The notes under the pieces: generated by a model
Seen by the model: the letters and a program-made list of their open reading frames with translations, nothing else
The model's database searches: none
What the model was told of the DNA's origin: nothing
Shown here: in pieces, positions 14,919 to 19,125 of the stretch
How the letters are laid out: every line of letters starts with the position of its first letter
How positions within the stretch are numbered: position 1 is the first letter of the stretch
Translations under genes and position numbers: made by a program
NCBI GenBank assembly: GCA_044868695.1
Contig: JBIOWP010000136.1
Location: 1 to 19,125 of the forward strand
From: a bacterium
Lineage (GTDB): Bacteria > Sysuimicrobiota > Sysuimicrobiia > Sysuimicrobiales > Kaftiobacteriaceae
Length of the DNA: 19,125 nt
Reading direction: 5' to 3'

Positions 14919-17900
14919 CTAGCTGGCCGGAGCGTTGGAGAGCGGGAGGACCGAGGGGGGGCGCTCGCCCGCCAGGATGAGCGCGCGCAGGATGGCGGCC
15001 GCGGTGTCGAGCGAGGTGATGCACGGGATCCGGCGCTCCAGCGCCCGCCGGCGGAGCTTGAAGCCGGCCCGGGTCGCGTCGCTCCCGCGCGTCGGCGTGT
15101 TCAGCACCCATCCGACACTCGCCTCGGGCGCGTCCTCGGACGTCACCTGGTCGGCGCGGATCCCGGCCCCGCGCAGGAGGGCCGCGGTATGCGGGGTGGC
15201 GACGATGCGGAAGCCCGCGGCCTCCCACTCCCGCAGCATCGGCACGGCCTCGGCTTTGTGGCCGTCGGCCAGCGACACGAGCATGCTGCGGTCGCGGAAC
15301 TGCCATCCCGCCGCCACCAGGGCCTTGCGCAGCGCGCCGGTGGCGTCGGCATCGAGACCCATCACTTCCCCGGTCGATTTCATCTCCGGGCCCACCGCGG
15401 CTTCCGCGCGCGAGAGCTTTTCCATGGAGAAGACGGGTGCTTTCACGGCCACCCGCGCCGGCGGCGGGAGCTGGTGGACGCCCATGAACCCGAGATCGGC
15501 CAGCGTATCGCCGGCCATCACCCGTGTCGCGATCTGCACCAGCGGCGTCCCCACGGCCTTGCTCACAAACGGAACCGTCCGGCTGGCCCGGAGATTCGCC
15601 TCCAGCGTATGGACGCGCTCGCCGTCGAAGACAAACTGGATGTTGAGGAATCCTCTGACGTCGAGCGCGCGCGCGAGCTGCGCGGTGATCGCCACGACGG
15701 CGCGCGCCGCGTCCTCCGGCAGCCTCTGCGCGGGAAACACGGCGATGCTGTCGCCGGAATGCACCCCCGCCCGCTCCACGTGTTCCATGATGCCGGGGAT
15801 GAGCACCGACCTCCCGTCGGAGATCGCGTCGACTTCAATCTCCAGCCCATCGACATACCGGTCGATCAACACGGGATGGACAGGATCGCGGGCCAGTGCG
15901 TCGGCGACAAACGCGCGGACGCGATCGGCGGTGTCGGCGATCTCCATCCCCCGCCCCCCCAGGACATAGGAGGGGCGGACGACGACCGGCAGGCCGATCC
16001 GGGCCAGCAGCACGTCACACGCGTCCAGAGAGGAGACGGCGCCGCCCTCCGGCCGGTCGATCTCAAGGGCAGCGAGCAGCATGGAGAATTTCTTCCGGTC
16101 CTCGGACACATCCAGAGACGCCACGGAGGTCCCCAGGATCCGCACGCCCGCGTCTGCCAGCGGCTCCGCGAGATTGAGGGCGGTCTGGCCGCCGAACTGC
16201 ACCAGGACGCCGTCCGGCTGCTCCCGGGCCACCACATGCAGTACGTCCTCCACGGTCAGCGGCTCGAAGTACAGGCGGTCCGAGATGTCGAAGTCCGTGC
16301 TCACCGTCTCAGGGTTGTTGTTGATGATCACCGCTTCGTAGCCGGCCTCGCGCAGCGCCTTCACCGCGTGCACGGTGGAATAATCAAACTCAATCCCCTG
16401 CCCGATCCGGATCGGACCGGCTCCCAGCACGACGATGCGCGGCCGGCGAAACACCGGCCGTTCATCGTCGTCCTGGTACGTGGAGTAGTAGTACGGCGTC
16501 GCCGCGGGAAACTCACCGGCGCACGTATCCACGATCTTATAGACGGGCGCGAGCCCGGTCGCCGCCCGCTGTGCGCGGACGGCCCGCTCGTCCGAACCGG
16601 TCAGCCACGCCACCGCGCTGTCGGAGAACCCCAGCCGTTTCGCGTCACGCAGCGTCGCGCTCCCGTCCGCCAGGCGGCGTTCGCAGGAGACGATGCGGGC
16701 GATCTCCGCCACGAAGAACCGGTCGACGCCCGAGCGCGCCGCCAGCTCGTCAACCGGCCAGCCGCGCCGCAGCGCCTCGGCCAGCGCGAACAGCCGGTAG
16801 TCGGTCGGCTCGGCGACCAGCGACGCCACCTCCCCGTCGCTCCAGGCGGACGCCTCCGCCACGTGCAGCCCCCTCGCGGGCACCTCGAGCGAGCGCACGG
16901 CCTTCAGCAAGGCCTCAGGAAACGAACGGCCGACCGCCATGACCTCGCCGGTGGCCTTCATCTGCGTCCCCAGCCGCCGGTCCACTCCGGGGAACTTGTC
17001 GAAAGGCCAGCGGGGAATCTTGACCACGACATAATCCAGCGCCGGCTCGAACGCCGCTCTGGTCACTCCCGTCACCCGGTTGGGGATCTCGTCCAGCCGG
17101 AGCCCGATCGCGATCTCGGCGGCCACGCGGGCGATCGGGTAGCCCGTCGCCTTGCTGGCGAGCGCCGAAGAGCGCGAGACCCGGGGATTGACCTCGATCA
17201 CGACATACGCGTCGCTGCGGGGATCCTGAGCAAACTGAATGTTGCACCCGCCGGCGATCCCCAGCCCGCCGATGATCCGCAGGGCTGCGGTCCGCAGGCG
17301 CTGGTAGTCCGCGTCCGAAAGCGTCTGGGACGGCGCGACCACGATGCTGTCGCCGGTGTGCACGCCCATCGGGTCCACGTTCTCCATGTTGCAGACGGTG
17401 ATCGTCGTCCCGGCTGAATCGCGCATCACTTCGTATTCAATCTCTTTCCATCCCGCGACGCTCCGCTCCACGAGGATTTGACCGATGGGACTGACCAGGA
17501 GCCCCTGCGCGGCCACCCCCGACAGCTCCAGGCGGTCCCGCGCGATGCCTCCACCCGTTCCCCCGAGCGTGAAGGCCGGCCGCACCACCACCGGATACCC
17601 GATCGCGGCAGCGATCTCGGTGGCCTCGTGGACCGTATGCGCCGGACGGCTCTCCAGCACCGGCTGCCCGAGACGCGTCATCACGGCGCGGAATCGCTCC
17701 CGGTCCTCCGCATCCTCAATCGCGGTCATCGGCGTGCCCAGGACCTCCACGCCGAAACGGTCGAGCACCCCGCGCTGCGCGAGCGCCCGCGCGAGATTCA
17801 GACCGGTCTGGCCGCCGAGCGTGGCTAGCAGACCCTCGGGCCGCTCCGCCTCGATGACCGCCGCGAGGAACTCCGGGGTCAGGGGCTCGACATACACGCG

Positions 17901-18086
17901 GTCGGCAACCTCGACGTCGGTCATGATCGTGGCAGGATTGCTGTTCACGAGCACGACCTTCACGCCGTTTTCGCTGAGGGCGCGGCAGGCCTGCGTGCCG
18001 GAGTAGTCGAACTCCGCGGCCTGGCCGATGATAATCGGACCCGATCCAATCACCAGGACCTTCTGGATGTCAGCGCGCCTGGGCAC
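14919..18086 (-). CDS. carB: Carbamoyl-phosphate synthase large subunit
   Basis: PRRADIQKVLVIGSGPIIIGQAAEFDYSG, two ATP-grasp halves (RPAFTLGG...IEVNPRVSRSSALASKATG; RPSYVLGGRGM...GVHSGDS) and a C-terminal MGS-like domain. True start GTG 18086 with SD AGAGGAG, overlapping the carA 3' end. Confidence 0.98.
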   Translation of the reverse strand: MPRRADIQKVLVIGSGPIIIGQAAEFDYSGTQACRALSENGVKVVLVNSNPATIMTDVEVADRVYVEPLTPEFLAAVIEAERPEGLLATLGGQTGLNLARALAQRGVLDRFGVEVLGTPMTAIEDAEDRERFRAVMTRLGQPVLESRPAHTVHEATEIAAAIGYPVVVRPAFTLGGTGGGIARDRLELSGVAAQGLLVSPIGQILVERSVAGWKEIEYEVMRDSAGTTITVCNMENVDPMGVHTGDSIVVAPSQTLSDADYQRLRTAALRIIGGLGIAGGCNIQFAQDPRSDAYVVIEVNPRVSRSSALASKATGYPIARVAAEIAIGLRLDEIPNRVTGVTRAAFEPALDYVVVKIPRWPFDKFPGVDRRLGTQMKATGEVMAVGRSFPEALLKAVRSLEVPARGLHVAEASAWSDGEVASLVAEPTDYRLFALAEALRRGWPVDELAARSGVDRFFVAEIARIVSCERRLADGSATLRDAKRLGFSDSAVAWLTGSDERAVRAQRAATGLAPVYKIVDTCAGEFPAATPYYYSTYQDDDERPVFRRPRIVVLGAGPIRIGQGIEFDYSTVHAVKALREAGYEAVIINNNPETVSTDFDISDRLYFEPLTVEDVLHVVAREQPDGVLVQFGGQTALNLAEPLADAGVRILGTSVASLDVSEDRKKFSMLLAALEIDRPEGGAVSSLDACDVLLARIGLPVVVRPSYVLGGRGMEIADTADRVRAFVADALARDPVHPVLIDRYVDGLEIEVDAISDGRSVLIPGIMEHVERAGVHSGDSIAVFPAQRLPEDAARAVVAITAQLARALDVRGFLNIQFVFDGERVHTLEANLRASRTVPFVSKAVGTPLVQIATRVMAGDTLADLGFMGVHQLPPPARVAVKAPVFSMEKLSRAEAAVGPEMKSTGEVMGLDADATGALRKALVAAGWQFRDRSMLVSLADGHKAEAVPMLREWEAAGFRIVATPHTAALLRGAGIRADQVTSEDAPEASVGWVLNTPTRGSDATRAGFKLRRRALERRIPCITSLDTAAAILRALILAGERPPSVLPLSNAPAS

Positions 18087-19125
18087 GCGAACTCCTCTGC
18101 CGGACACGGGCGAGGAACTGGTCGTACAGAAGCTCGGCGTCGGCCGGGCCGGGGCGTCCCTCGGGGTGGAACTGAACGGAAAAGGCCGGCAGGGAACGGT
18201 GGGCGATCCCTTCCACGGTCCCATCGTTCAGGTTGGAGTGGGTGATCACGAGCGGGTCGGGGAGGTCGGGCGCGACCGCGTATCCGTGGTTCTGAGTGGT
18301 GATGACCACCCGGCCGCTTGACGGCTCGATAACCGGCTGGTTGCTCCCACGGTGGCCGAACTTCATCTTGTATGTACGCCCTCCGAACGCCAGCGCGAGC
18401 AACTGATGACCCAGGCACACCCCCATCAGGGGGTGGGTGTCCGTCAGGGCGCGGACGGTGCGGACGACCTCTCCAAGCCGTGCCGGATCGCCCGGACCGT
18501 TGGAGAGGAGCACGCCGTCGGGCTCGAAGCTCCGCACACCTTCCGCCGTGGTCGTGTGCGGCACCAGGACGACCTCGCATCCCCTGGTGCGCAGGGCATC
18601 GACGATCCCCGCCTTCACGCCGCAATCAATGACGACGACGCGCGGACCGAATCCCGGCAGCACCTCAGGCACCGCGCGGGAGACCTGGCCCACGAGATCC
18701 AGCTCCGACAGTGACGGGACGGCCGCGGCCCGCGCCACGGCCTCGGGCCCGGCGGTCTCCGCAATGACGCCGCGCCTGAGCCCGTGGAGGCGGAGGTGCC
18801 GGACGAGCGCCCGGGTATCGACCCCGGTCAGTCCCGGGACACCCTGCGTCTCCAGGAAGGTGTGGAGCGTTTCGCGCGAGAGGTGATGCGACGCGACGGT
18901 GCTCGCCCCGCTCACCACGAACCCGGCCACGTGCGGCCCGGCCGCTTCCCAGGCGGCGCGGCTGAAGCCGTAGTTGCCGATGAGGGGATACGCCATTACA
19001 ACGATCTGCCCGCGGTAGGAGGGGTCGCTCATCACCTCCTGGTACCCGGTCATGCTGGTGGTGAAGACGACCTCGCCGGAGGAGTCGACAGGGGCGCCGA
19101 TCCGCTCGCCTCGAAAGACGGCTCC
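18070..19125 (-). CDS. carA: Carbamoyl-phosphate synthase small subunit, 5' end outside the window
   Basis: Frame open to the edge: GAVFRGERIGA...GEVVFTTSMTGYQEVMSDPSYRGQIV, YPLIGNYG, SNGPGDP, GVCLGHQ (catalytic Cys), QNHGYAV, QFHPE. Confidence 0.97.
   Translation of the reverse strand, partial: GAVFRGERIGAPVDSSGEVVFTTSMTGYQEVMSDPSYRGQIVVMAYPLIGNYGFSRAAWEAAGPHVAGFVVSGASTVASHHLSRETLHTFLETQGVPGLTGVDTRALVRHLRLHGLRRGVIAETAGPEAVARAAAVPSLSELDLVGQVSRAVPEVLPGFGPRVVVIDCGVKAGIVDALRTRGCEVVLVPHTTTAEGVRSFEPDGVLLSNGPGDPARLGEVVRTVRALTDTHPLMGVCLGHQLLALAFGGRTYKMKFGHRGSNQPVIEPSSGRVVITTQNHGYAVAPDLPDPLVITHSNLNDGTVEGIAHRSLPAFSVQFHPEGRPGPADAELLYDQFLARVRQRSSRAQAR

Noticed and set aside
15189..17417. 742-aa plus-strand ORF, and similar ones at 418-1836, 2837-3874, 9401-10582 and 10327-11439
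   Set aside because: Antisense shadows of well-supported minus-strand genes.
18087..18224. N-terminal extension of CarB in the ORF track
   Set aside because: Overlaps carA; the conserved CarB start with a good SD is GTG 18086.

Overview
High-GC bacterial window in which every credible gene is on the minus strand. In transcription order (right to left) it holds three blocks. (1) An arginine biosynthesis cluster, carA (5'-truncated)-carB-argC-argJ-argB-argD-argG-argH-argR, with no argF in the window and a tandem ARG-box operator overlapping a sigma70-type promoter just upstream of argC. (2) The conserved pgpH-like 7TM-HD phosphohydrolase-ybeY-dgkA block. (3) An AapJQMP/Bzt-type amino-acid ABC transporter whose ATPase is cut by the left edge. 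Gene content is housekeeping; I found no mobile element, CRISPR array, RNA gene or new multi-gene system. The most unusual signal is a family of related 7-nt tandem repeats (GGGATCC/GGGATTA/GGGCTCC/GATCCAG) at three loci: between argB and argD, at the 5' end of argB, and in frame inside ybeY. Two of these loci are paired arrays forming imperfect hairpins and contain canonical G-quadruplex motifs. Other points are two probable leaderless transcription starts (argC and the pgpH-like gene) and several non-canonical residues (YbeY HGxLHLxGYDD, ArgR GEDT, a shortened CarB allosteric loop). Family assignments come from recalled motifs, not database searches.
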